The notes beneath the pieces were generated by a model. The model saw nothing but the letters and a program-made list of their open reading frames with translations, ran no database searches and was not told the origin of the DNA. Position numbers and translations under genes: made by a program. A DNA stretch of 64,000 nucleotides from Minisyncoccota bacterium (GTDB lineage Bacteria > Patescibacteriota > Minisyncoccia > Phycocordibacterales > UBA9973): contig JARLIG010000009.1 of NCBI GenBank assembly GCA_031291825.1, positions 65,281 to 129,280 on the forward strand. The letters are read 5' to 3'. Shown one piece after another: positions 43,647 to 52,083 of this stretch. Each line of letters begins with the position of its first letter. Position 1 is the first letter of the stretch.

Positions 43647-45797
43647 TTATTTTCTAGCAGCGATGATGGTTTCAGCCACGTTGTTTGGCACGATATCGTA
43701 ACGGAAGAATTCCATTGTGAAACCTGCGCGGCCTTCAGTCATCGAACGTAGGCCGGTCATGTAACCGAACATTTCTGAAAGAGGAACCACAGCTTTGATA
43801 ACTTTGTTCATTCCACGGTCTTCCATGCCTTCAATCAGTCCACGCTTAGAGGAAAGATTTCCAGTAACGTCTCCCATGAATTTATCTGGAGTAACAACTT
43901 CCACTTTCATCATCGGCTCAAGAATCACAGGGCCAGCTCGACGACAAGCGTCTTGGATAGCCATGCTAGCGGCGATTTTGAAAGCCATTTCGTTCGAGTC
44001 AACTTCGTGATAACTTCCATCCCATAAATCTACAGAAACATTGACGATTTTGAATCCAGCTAAAATTCCTCGGTCCAAACCTTCTTTGAATCCTTTTTCA
44101 CAAGGAGCAATATATTCTTGTGGAATAACACCTCCTTTGATACTATTCACAAATTCGAAACCTTCCGAACGCTTGGTATTCTTTGGTAAATCTTCTACTT
44201 CTTCCTTGGTCAGCATTTCCATCGGCTTAACTTTAATCTTTACGTGTCCATAGTTTCCACGTCCGCCAGATTGCTTGATATATTTTCCTTCAGCATCAGA
44301 AGTGCCGGTAATTGTTTCGCGATAAGCCACTTGTGGTTTACCAACATTTGCCTCAACGGTAAATTCTCGTTTCATACGGTCCACAATAATTTCCAAATGT
44401 AATTCTCCCATTCCGGCGATAATCGTCTCCCCTGTTTCTTGGTCGGTCGAAACTCGGAAAGTCGGGTCTTCTTGCGCCAAACGATTGAGCGCCATTCCCA
44501 TTTTTTCTTGGTCTGCTTTTGTCTTTGGTTCGATGCGAAGTTGAATAACTGGCTCTGGAAAAACAATACGGTTTAATTCAATAGGATTTTCTTCGTCACA
44601 AATAGTGTCAGAAGTAATCGTATCTTTTAATCCGACAGCGGCGGCGATTTCTCCAGCAAAAACTTCTTTCACTTCTTCTCTATCATTCGCATGCATGCGC
44701 AAGATACGTCCAATACGTTCCTTGTTGCGAGTACGAGGATTATAAACATAACTTCCAGCTGATAAAGTTCCAGAGTAAACGCGGAAGAAGATAATTTGTC
44801 CGACGAATGGATCTGTTGCGACCTTGAAAGCTAGCGCGGCAAATGGTTCAGAGTCGGAAGCATGACGAACCATCGGCTCATCAGTATCTGGATTAATTCC
44901 TGGAATTGGTGGAATATCTAAGGGTGATGGCAAATAATCGACAACACCATCAAGTACTAACTGAACGCCTTTGTTCTTTAATGCACTACCAGCATAAACT
45001 GGAAAAATTTCATTATTAATAACTGCCTTACGAAGAGTCTTTTTCAAAACATCTAGATTTGGAACAATGCCTTCTAAGTATTCAGTCATCATGGTATCAT
45101 CGGTTTCAACTATTTTTTCAATAAGTTCTCCGTGGTATTTTTCCGCTTCTGCTTTTAAGTTTTCAGGAATTTCTTTTTCTACAACCTTATTACCCATTTC
45201 ACCTTCAAAGTAATATGCCTTCATGCGAAGCAAGTCAATCACACCTTCGTGCTGTTCTTCTTGCCCAATTGGGATTTGCATTCTGACCGCTTTTTTTGTC
45301 AGACGATCTAATATCGTAGCAAAAGAATGTTCAAAGGATGCACCAGTGCGGTCTAATTTATTTATAAAACAAATACGAGGAACTTTCGCTTCGTCCGCAT
45401 AGCGCCAGTTGGTTTCGGATTGCGGTTCTACGCCAGCAACTCCGTCAAAAACAACCACGGCACCATCGAGCACGCGAAGAGAACGCTTCACTTCTACAGT
45501 AAAGTCAATGTGTCCAGGTGTATCGATGATATTAAAACGGTGTTTTTTAGATTTATCTTTTATGTCTGCATACGTCGGAGTCCAGAAACAAGTCACTGCC
45601 GCAGAAGTAATGGTGATACCTCGCTCTCGTTCTTGCTCCATCCAATCGGTCGTCGTCTCTCCATCATGCACTTCTCCGATTTTGTGTGATACGCCAGTGT
45701 AAAAAAGCACACGTTCGGTCGTAGTTGTCTTGCCGGCATCAATGTGCGCAATAATTCCAATGTTTCTGACTTTTTCTAACGGATAATCTCGTTCCAT
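43647..45797 (-). CDS. fusA: elongation factor G
   Basis: 716 aa with [21 protein letters not shown] motifs. Confidence 0.95.
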   Translation of the reverse strand: MERDYPLEKVRNIGIIAHIDAGKTTTTERVLFYTGVSHKIGEVHDGETTTDWMEQERERGITITSAAVTCFWTPTYADIKDKSKKHRFNIIDTPGHIDFTVEVKRSLRVLDGAVVVFDGVAGVEPQSETNWRYADEAKVPRICFINKLDRTGASFEHSFATILDRLTKKAVRMQIPIGQEEQHEGVIDLLRMKAYYFEGEMGNKVVEKEIPENLKAEAEKYHGELIEKIVETDDTMMTEYLEGIVPNLDVLKKTLRKAVINNEIFPVYAGSALKNKGVQLVLDGVVDYLPSPLDIPPIPGINPDTDEPMVRHASDSEPFAALAFKVATDPFVGQIIFFRVYSGTLSAGSYVYNPRTRNKERIGRILRMHANDREEVKEVFAGEIAAAVGLKDTITSDTICDEENPIELNRIVFPEPVIQLRIEPKTKADQEKMGMALNRLAQEDPTFRVSTDQETGETIIAGMGELHLEIIVDRMKREFTVEANVGKPQVAYRETITGTSDAEGKYIKQSGGRGNYGHVKIKVKPMEMLTKEEVEDLPKNTKRSEGFEFVNSIKGGVIPQEYIAPCEKGFKEGLDRGILAGFKIVNVSVDLWDGSYHEVDSNEMAFKIAASMAIQDACRRAGPVILEPMMKVEVVTPDKFMGDVTGNLSSKRGLIEGMEDRGMNKVIKAVVPLSEMFGYMTGLRSMTEGRAGFTMEFFRYDIVPNNVAETIIAARK

Positions 45798-45898
45798 AAA
45801 TTAAATCTAACTAATTAAATATTAAAAAAGCGCAGGGTGCGCTTACCGACAATATATAACATAAAACTATTTTTTGCAAATACGTTTTTTCTAAAAAA

Positions 45899-47209
45899 TT
45901 ATTTATTTAATACCGCGCGAGTCATTGCTCCAGCCACTCCATCACCCTTTAATCCATTGGCAATTTGAAACTTACTGAGAGCGATTTGAGTCTTTAATCC
46001 AAACTTACCATCAGCTGTTCCAACACTATAACCAGCATTATTTAAAAATGTTTGTAACTCCACAACTTCATTTCCCGAAGAACCTCTCTTGAGTAATTGA
46101 GTAAATTGAAAAGACGTTGTTGTGGTGGATGTTGGAGTAGTGGTATTACTGTTGCAAGGCAAGCCAGTGGTAACACTAAAACTATTTGTTCCAAGACAAC
46201 CAGGGAGTGGAGCTGTGGGAGTTCCAGTTGGAGTCGTTGCGGGTGTGGTAGTTGGAGTAGTGGTAGGAGTAACGACTGGAGCTGGCATAGTCATCGCACC
46301 AGCGCTGGTAGATTGAGGTGATGTATCCCCCGTAGCATCATAGGATGCTACAGTGAAAGAATATATTGTTCCAGGGGTAAGTGAAGTTACTGTGTAATAA
46401 GTATTTGCGGTAGTTCCAATTTGAGCTCCAGCTTGATAAACATCATAGCCCGTAATTCCAAAACTATCAGTGGGAGCAGTCCAAGTTAAATCAATTTGAG
46501 AAGATGATACTGGAGTCGCTTGCAAGGATGCTGGAGATAGCGGAATTGTTGTGGCTAATGTGGTAGAACCTGGAGTAGTTACACTGACTGGAGTTGATTG
46601 TCCTGAATTATTTCCGAGTGTATCGCGAGCATCAACAGTAAAATAATAAGTCGTAGAAGCCAGCAAGCCATTTATATTGTAATAAGTATTTGTCGTTGTG
46701 CCTATCTGCACTCCGTTTTGAAAAATATCATAACCAGCTATGGCGATACTACTAGTTGACGCCGTCCAAGATAAACTATATTGAGATGGTGAAATGGTGT
46801 TGATGGTTAAAGTAGGTACAGTGGGAGGTAAAAGAACTGTAGTGGTTGCACTAGCGCTTGTTGATTGTCCTGATGTGTTTCCAGCTGCATCATAAGCTGA
46901 AACAGTAAAAGAATAAGTAGTTGACGCACTTAAACCAGAAACATAATAGGAATTGTTTGTGGTCGTTGTAATCTCATTTCCATTTTCATATACATTGTAT
47001 CCAGCAACTCCCGTGTCATCCGTCGAAGCCATCCAAGACAGATTTACTTGCGAAGAAGAAACTGGAATCGCAATAAGTTGTGTTGGAGTTGTTGGAGGAG
47101 TCGTGTCGGCTCCAGCGAAAACATTACGGTTTCCAAGTATACTAAAAGAAACAATTAGCATTAAAGCAAAAAGCTTTTGCAAATTTATTTTTGATATCAT
47201 ATTAAACAT
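45899..47209 (-). CDS. secreted protein with three fibronectin-III-like repeats, Thr/Pro linker and C-terminal peptidoglycan-binding (PG_binding_1-like) domain
   Basis: Signal peptide; thrice-repeated ~90-aa unit (PVSSSQ..L.W.A.TD..G..GY.VY..G..IGTT.N..Y...L...T.Y.F.V.A.D..GN.S.QS); C-terminus GSSGNEVVELQTFLNNAGY...GKFGLKTQIALSKFQ. Confidence 0.6.
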   Translation of the reverse strand: MFNMISKINLQKLFALMLIVSFSILGNRNVFAGADTTPPTTPTQLIAIPVSSSQVNLSWMASTDDTGVAGYNVYENGNEITTTTNNSYYVSGLSASTTYSFTVSAYDAAGNTSGQSTSASATTTVLLPPTVPTLTINTISPSQYSLSWTASTSSIAIAGYDIFQNGVQIGTTTNTYYNINGLLASTTYYFTVDARDTLGNNSGQSTPVSVTTPGSTTLATTIPLSPASLQATPVSSSQIDLTWTAPTDSFGITGYDVYQAGAQIGTTANTYYTVTSLTPGTIYSFTVASYDATGDTSPQSTSAGAMTMPAPVVTPTTTPTTTPATTPTGTPTAPLPGCLGTNSFSVTTGLPCNSNTTTPTSTTTTSFQFTQLLKRGSSGNEVVELQTFLNNAGYSVGTADGKFGLKTQIALSKFQIANGLKGDGVAGAMTRAVLNK

Positions 47210-47245
47210 ATTTTACCATTAGCGATGTATTTTTAGCAAACAAAA

Positions 47246-47506
47246 CTATTTATAAATTTCATGACCTCCAATGTCGGCAAACAAGACTTCATTTTTAGAA
47301 ATGAAGCGAAAAGCTATCCTAAATTTATAGTTTACTGAAAAACCAAAATATTCCTTGAATTTACCATGGAGCTTATGAACTTCTAAAGTTTCATGATTTG
47401 TTCTATCTTTAAATAAATCAATTTTGTCTAAAACATCCTTCTGTAGACCATTCTCCAGTTTTTTAAATTTGCGGACAAAAAATGGAGAATAAATAATTTC
47501 AATCAT
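47246..47506 (-). CDS. type II toxin, RelE/ParE superfamily
   Basis: 86 aa; C-terminus YKFRIAFRFISKNEVLFADIGGHEIYK matches the RelE/ParE core; directly downstream of the RHH antitoxin. Confidence 0.6.
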   Translation of the reverse strand: MIEIIYSPFFVRKFKKLENGLQKDVLDKIDLFKDRTNHETLEVHKLHGKFKEYFGFSVNYKFRIAFRFISKNEVLFADIGGHEIYK

Positions 47507-47510
47507 TTTA

Positions 47511-47729
47511 TTAGAATTTTTTTGCTAATTCTCTCAGGTCTCCTCTTAGGCCTTTCCCTTCTGCAATTTCTCTTTCTGATTGAAGAATATTCTGAACTGC
47601 TTCGTTTTCTTGATATTCTCTTAAGGCACGTCGAACAACATCAGCTTTGTTCGCGCCTTTTCCGTCCTTAATCATTCTTTCTATGAATTTTTCCAAGTCC
47701 CCCGAAATGGGTACAGATAATGTGGTCAT
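47511..47729 (-). CDS. ribbon-helix-helix antitoxin (ParD-like)
   Basis: 72 aa; MTTLSVPISGDLEKFIERMIKDGKGANKADVVRRALREY matches ParD/RHH. Confidence 0.55.
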   Translation of the reverse strand: MTTLSVPISGDLEKFIERMIKDGKGANKADVVRRALREYQENEAVQNILQSEREIAEGKGLRGDLRELAKKF

Positions 47730-47804
47730 GTTTTTTATAAATTATATGATAATGTAATATTATAATATCATATAGTGAAGAAAAAGTGAAGTCAAGATAA
47801 ACAA

Positions 47805-47826
47805 AAAATCCCTTTGGGGATTTTTA
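47805..47826. terminator. intrinsic terminator AAAAATCCCTTTGGGGATTTTT downstream of rpsG
   Basis: GC hairpin plus T-run; followed by REP-like palindrome 47841-47884. Confidence 0.55.
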
Positions 47827-47886
47827 AAATAAAAAGTTTATTCTAGATGTTGGACATCTGCAAAGCAGGTGTACAACATCAGAAAA

Positions 47887-48357
47887 CTACCAAGCAAAGT
47901 GAGCAAAAGCTTTATTGGCTTCGGCCATTTTGTGAGTGTCTTCTTTCTTTTTAATGGCGGCGCCTTCGTTTTTCGAAGCAGCAATCAATTCATCAGCAAG
48001 TTTTAAGTGCATTGGTCGTCCTTTTCCACCACGAGCTGCATCACGAATCCAGCGCATAGCTAAGGCAAGTCGGCGTTCAGCACGAACTTCGACAGGCACT
48101 TGATAGTTTGCACCTCCGATTCTTTTCGAACGAACTTCGGTCATTGGTCCAGCGTTTCTGAGAGCTAAGTCAAAAATTTCCAAAGGATTAGGATTGCCTG
48201 TCTTTTCTTTTATAACATCAAGGGCAGCGTACATAACCTTGCGAGCGGTCTCTTTTTTTCCAGACCACATGACATAGTTAATGAACTTCTCCAATTTTTG
48301 AGAGTTGTAAATAAAATCTGGGGCTACGATATTTCGGTTGTTTACTTTTCTTCGCAT
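47887..48357 (-). CDS. rpsG: 30S ribosomal protein S7
   Basis: MRRKVNNRNIVAPDFIYNSQKLEKFINYVMWSGKKETA canonical S7. Confidence 0.9.
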   Translation of the reverse strand: MRRKVNNRNIVAPDFIYNSQKLEKFINYVMWSGKKETARKVMYAALDVIKEKTGNPNPLEIFDLALRNAGPMTEVRSKRIGGANYQVPVEVRAERRLALAMRWIRDAARGGKGRPMHLKLADELIAASKNEGAAIKKKEDTHKMAEANKAFAHFAW

Positions 48358-48385
48358 AATTTTAATAGGCTCTAGGCATTAGGCA

Positions 48386-48814
48386 CTAGGCTTTAGCTTT
48401 TCCCTCTCGGGGCTTTTTGTTACCATATAAAGATCTACCTTGTCGGCGCTTCTCGACTCCTTGAGTATCAAGTACTCCGCGTACGATGTGATATCTTACT
48501 CCAATCAAGTCTTTCACACGTCCTCCGCGTAGCATGACCACTGAGTGTTCTTGCAAGTTGTGTCCTTCCCCTGGGATATAAGCAGTGACTTCCATGCCGT
48601 TCGTCAAACGTACGCGAGCGATTTTTCGGAGAGCAGAGTTTGGCTTTTTAGGAGTGGTTGTAGAAACTTTCACGCAAACACCTCGTTTGAAAGGAGCTGG
48701 AAAAAAGACTGGTCTGTTTTTCAGAACATTAAATCCACGAGCCAAGGCGACAGTTTTCGTCTTGGAATGGACCTTCACTCTATTTTTCTTTATTAATTGG
48801 TTTATTGTTGGCAT
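48386..48814 (-). CDS. rpsL: 30S ribosomal protein S12
   Basis: [14 protein letters not shown]...[10 protein letters not shown] canonical S12. Confidence 0.9.
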   Translation of the reverse strand: MPTINQLIKKNRVKVHSKTKTVALARGFNVLKNRPVFFPAPFKRGVCVKVSTTTPKKPNSALRKIARVRLTNGMEVTAYIPGEGHNLQEHSVVMLRGGRVKDLIGVRYHIVRGVLDTQGVEKRRQGRSLYGNKKPREGKAKA

Positions 48815-48896
48815 AATCTAAAACAGGCGTTAGGCTCTAGGCATTAGCTAAAGCCTAAAACCCTAAAGCCTAGCGCCTAGCTTACTATAAAAAATA

Positions 48897-49517
48897 TTAA
48901 ATTGCAAGACCTGTCAAAAGATGGAAGAGAAAGGCTAAGATTGGATATAAATAACCAGAGAAGAAAACAATAAATACAAGTAACAAAAGTAGGGAGTATT
49001 GTTCGTGACGAAATATTTTTAAGGAAATAGAATCAGGGAAAAAAGAAAAAAGTATTTTAGAACCATCGAGAGGTGGGATAGGAACCAAGTTAAAAATCCC
49101 CAAAGCTAAATTCACGATAACAATTGCCGAAGTTATAGTATAAAAACCAGGCTGTAAATTAAGTGGAGCAGTTAGGCGAAGAATAATTCCAAAGATAATC
49201 GCAATGACAAAATTTGCGCAGACTCCAGCCGCCGCGACTGCAATGGTCCCCCATTTCCTATTACTTAAATTATTTGGATTATAAGGAACTGGTTTAGCCC
49301 AGCCAAACAAAAATGGAGCATGAGTCAAAACCAAAACCGCAGGCAAAAGAATTGAACCAAAAATGTCTAGGTGTGAAATTGGATTTAAAGTCAGACGCCC
49401 AGCATCTCGCGCCGTATCATCACCAAAAGATTCCGCCATGAAACCGTGCGAGACTTCGTGAATCACAATCGACATGATAAGTATCGCGATATAAAAAATT
49501 GCATTGGTTGCGTCCAT
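48897..49517 (-). CDS. M50-family site-2 protease (small SpoIVFB-like zinc metalloprotease)
   Basis: HEVSHGFMA (HExxH in a TM helix), LNPISHLD, multiple TM helices; start taken at MDATNAIFY to avoid overlap with rpmB. Confidence 0.6.
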   Translation of the reverse strand: MDATNAIFYIAILIMSIVIHEVSHGFMAESFGDDTARDAGRLTLNPISHLDIFGSILLPAVLVLTHAPFLFGWAKPVPYNPNNLSNRKWGTIAVAAAGVCANFVIAIIFGIILRLTAPLNLQPGFYTITSAIVIVNLALGIFNLVPIPPLDGSKILFSFFPDSISLKIFRHEQYSLLLLLVFIVFFSGYLYPILAFLFHLLTGLAI

Positions 49518-49546
49518 ACAAATTCTATGATAGCATGAATTCCGCA

Positions 49547-49798
49547 ATGAAAAAAACGTGTGCGATAACTAAAAAGGGCTCAATCGTCGGAGGCGGATAC
49601 TCTAATCGTACTCGTGCAACCAAATTCAACCCAACCGGCAAAATCCGAAAATATCCAAATCTTCAAAAGAAGAGAATTTTTGTGCCTGAATTAAATAAAA
49701 CTGTAAATATTGAAGTTTCTACTCGCGGCATGCGCACCATGAAGAAAAACGGCGTTCACGCTACCCTCCTTAAGGCTGGATTGATAAAAGCAAGATAG
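49547..49798 (+). CDS. rpmB: 50S ribosomal protein L28
   Basis: MKKTCAITKKGSIVGGGYSNRTRATKFNPTGK...TRGMRTMKKNG matches the L28 pattern; start at the internal Met of the longer ORF. Confidence 0.7.
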   Translation: MKKTCAITKKGSIVGGGYSNRTRATKFNPTGKIRKYPNLQKKRIFVPELNKTVNIEVSTRGMRTMKKNGVHATLLKAGLIKAR

Positions 49799-49807
49799 TC
49801 TAAACAA

Positions 49808-49882
49808 AAAAACATAAAGAAAAATCCCCGCGAAAGGTTCCAGCAAAGCTGGAGTAAGCGGGGATTTTTCTTTATGTTTTTT
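49808..49882. terminator. long bidirectional terminator hairpin (AAAAAACATAAAGAAAAATCCCCGC...GCGGGGATTTTTCTTTATGTTTTTT)
   Basis: Extended palindrome between rpmB (+) and the DEAD-box helicase gene (-). Confidence 0.55.
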
Positions 49883-49892
49883 GTTTTTATTT

Positions 49893-51257
49893 TTACGCTG
49901 GCACGAAGGTCAAGGCTGTACCTTTTTTGCCACTGCGGCCGGTTCGGCCGATGCGGTGTACATATGTATCATATGTCTGAGGCACGTCGTAGTTGATGAC
50001 ATGCGTAACGTCTGGAATATCTAGACCTCTGGCGGCCACATCTGTTGCAATTAAAATATTTATTTTGTCTTGTTTAAATAAATCCAAGGTTCGAATGCGG
50101 TCACGACTTCTCTTGTCGCCATGAATGCAACCAACCTTAAAGCCCATGCGAGCTAAATCTTTTGTAAGCTCATCTACATGGTGTTTTCTTTCTCGGAAAA
50201 TCAAAACTTTGTCAGAGCCTTCTTTTTTTAATATTTCATTTAATTTTTCTAGTTTCTCTTCTGTTCCTCTTGCACGCACTACGTCCTGATCAATATTTTT
50301 TGCTGTTTCACCAGAAATAACTGAAATAAAAACAGGATTCACTAAATATTGTTCCGTTAATTTCTTAATATCTGGAGAAAGCGTGGCAGAAAAGAAAAGT
50401 GTCTGTCTTCCCTCTTTGGGAGTCTTGCCGATGATGTAAACCATATCATCTCGAAAACCCATATCGAGCATGCGATCTGCTTCATCTAGCACTACAGAGT
50501 GACACGTAGATAAATCTAAAACTTTTTTATCAATCAAGTCTTTGATACGTCCGGGTGTGCCGATGACAAATGAAACTCCCATTTTGATTTCACGAATTTG
50601 TTTCATGATTGGAAGTCCACCTACGCAAGCAACAGAAAACATTCCAAATCCGAAAGCAAGATTTTTAAAATCTGATTCGATTTGCAAAGCAAGCTCCCGA
50701 GTCGGCGCCATTATCAAAACGGTTTCTTTTTTGTTTAGTCCTTTGGTCTTGGCAATTTTTTCAATCAAGGGTAGAAGGAAGGCTGCTGTCTTGCCTGTGC
50801 CAGTATTTGCCATACCAAAGACATCCATGCCTTTCATGATAGAAGGAATGGCTTGGTCTTGAATTGGTCTTGGACTAGTAAATCCAGCTCGTTCAATATT
50901 TTTGTGGAGCTGTGGATTAAAAGGAAAGTCAGCAAAAGTGTGTTTAGAAACATATGGTTTTTCTTCCACCATTTGTCCTTTTTTAATGAAGCGAGAAAAA
51001 TCAATTCGGTCACCGAATCTTTTTTTACCTCCTCCACCACTTCTTTTAAAAGTAGGTCGAGAATTATAATTTCCTCGGCTATTGCTGCGGATGCTTCGAA
51101 CAGGGCCACTACTTGGTCGACTGCTCGTATTAAAACTCTTTCTAAATGGACCACCAGAAGTGGAACCTAAAGGCGATCTAGCCGAAGCTGGACGCGCAAA
51201 ACTGCGTTTATTCATCATACTTTTCTTTGTGTCATGGACATCAATCACAGGACACAA
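49893..51257 (-). CDS. DEAD-box ATP-dependent RNA helicase with N-terminal Arg/Ser/Gly-rich disordered region
   Basis: Q motif, AxTGTGKT, DEAD, SAT, HRIGRTGR motifs; N-terminal ~90 aa RS/RGG-like low complexity. Confidence 0.85.
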   Translation of the reverse strand: MCPVIDVHDTKKSMMNKRSFARPASARSPLGSTSGGPFRKSFNTSSRPSSGPVRSIRSNSRGNYNSRPTFKRSGGGGKKRFGDRIDFSRFIKKGQMVEEKPYVSKHTFADFPFNPQLHKNIERAGFTSPRPIQDQAIPSIMKGMDVFGMANTGTGKTAAFLLPLIEKIAKTKGLNKKETVLIMAPTRELALQIESDFKNLAFGFGMFSVACVGGLPIMKQIREIKMGVSFVIGTPGRIKDLIDKKVLDLSTCHSVVLDEADRMLDMGFRDDMVYIIGKTPKEGRQTLFFSATLSPDIKKLTEQYLVNPVFISVISGETAKNIDQDVVRARGTEEKLEKLNEILKKEGSDKVLIFRERKHHVDELTKDLARMGFKVGCIHGDKRSRDRIRTLDLFKQDKINILIATDVAARGLDIPDVTHVINYDVPQTYDTYVHRIGRTGRSGKKGTALTFVPA

Positions 51258-51381
51258 AAAGTCTAGATGATTTCCATAAGCGTCAGTCTCGTTAAATAAT
51301 TAGGTGAGAATGATTATTTAAAGAGTAGCACTATAGTTATGGTTTGTCAATGTTTGAAACTGTGCTAGTATAAAGAAATAA

Positions 51382-52080
51382 ATGAAAATAAAGATTTTAT
51401 ACGAAGATTCTAACATCCTAGCCATCGATAAACCTTCTGGCATCGCAGTACATGGCGACCTACGCAGCAAAGAAAAGACTATCGTTGATTGGGTTTTAAA
51501 AAATTACCCAAAAATGAAAGGAGTCGGCGAGCCAATGGGAGAAATTTCGCGGCCAGGTATCGTACACCGCTTAGACAAAGATACTTCTGGGGTTTTACTC
51601 TTGGCAAAAAATCAAAAAACTCATGCACTTTTAAAAAGTCAGTTTCAAAATCACGAAATAAAAAAAACTTATATCGCAATTGTTTCTGGCTGGGTGAAAG
51701 ACGAGCACGGAGTTATCAATAAACCAATCGGCCGAAGTCCGACTGATTTTAGACGTTGGCTTTGCGGACGCGGTGCCCGTGGAACATTACGTGAAGCAAT
51801 AACTGAATATAAAGTTTTAAAAAGATTTGAGGCTCCAGAGAAGTTTTCGCTTCTAGAAATAAAACCAAAAACTGGCCGAACACATCAGATTCGTGTACAT
51901 ATGAAATTTTTAAATCACCCAGTAGTTTGCGATTCGCTTTATAATCCTGACCAACCGCATCCTAAAGAAATTTCTCGCATGGCACTCCACGCCAAATCTA
52001 TAGAATTTAAAGACCTAAAAGGTAAAACAATAAAAGTTGAATCCCCTATTCCTTCCGAGTTCAAAAAAATGATAAAATAA
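51382..52080 (+). CDS. RluA-family pseudouridine synthase
   Basis: HRLDKDTSGVLLLAKN catalytic Asp motif. Confidence 0.85.
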   Translation: MKIKILYEDSNILAIDKPSGIAVHGDLRSKEKTIVDWVLKNYPKMKGVGEPMGEISRPGIVHRLDKDTSGVLLLAKNQKTHALLKSQFQNHEIKKTYIAIVSGWVKDEHGVINKPIGRSPTDFRRWLCGRGARGTLREAITEYKVLKRFEAPEKFSLLEIKPKTGRTHQIRVHMKFLNHPVVCDSLYNPDQPHPKEISRMALHAKSIEFKDLKGKTIKVESPIPSEFKKMIK

Positions 52081-52083
52081 AGT

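Noticed and set aside
46100-47050. Nucleotide-level internal repeats in 45899-47209 suggesting a repeat element
   Set aside because: They correspond to three in-frame FN3-like protein domains plus a Thr/Pro linker, so they are domain repeats rather than a mobile or non-coding repeat.
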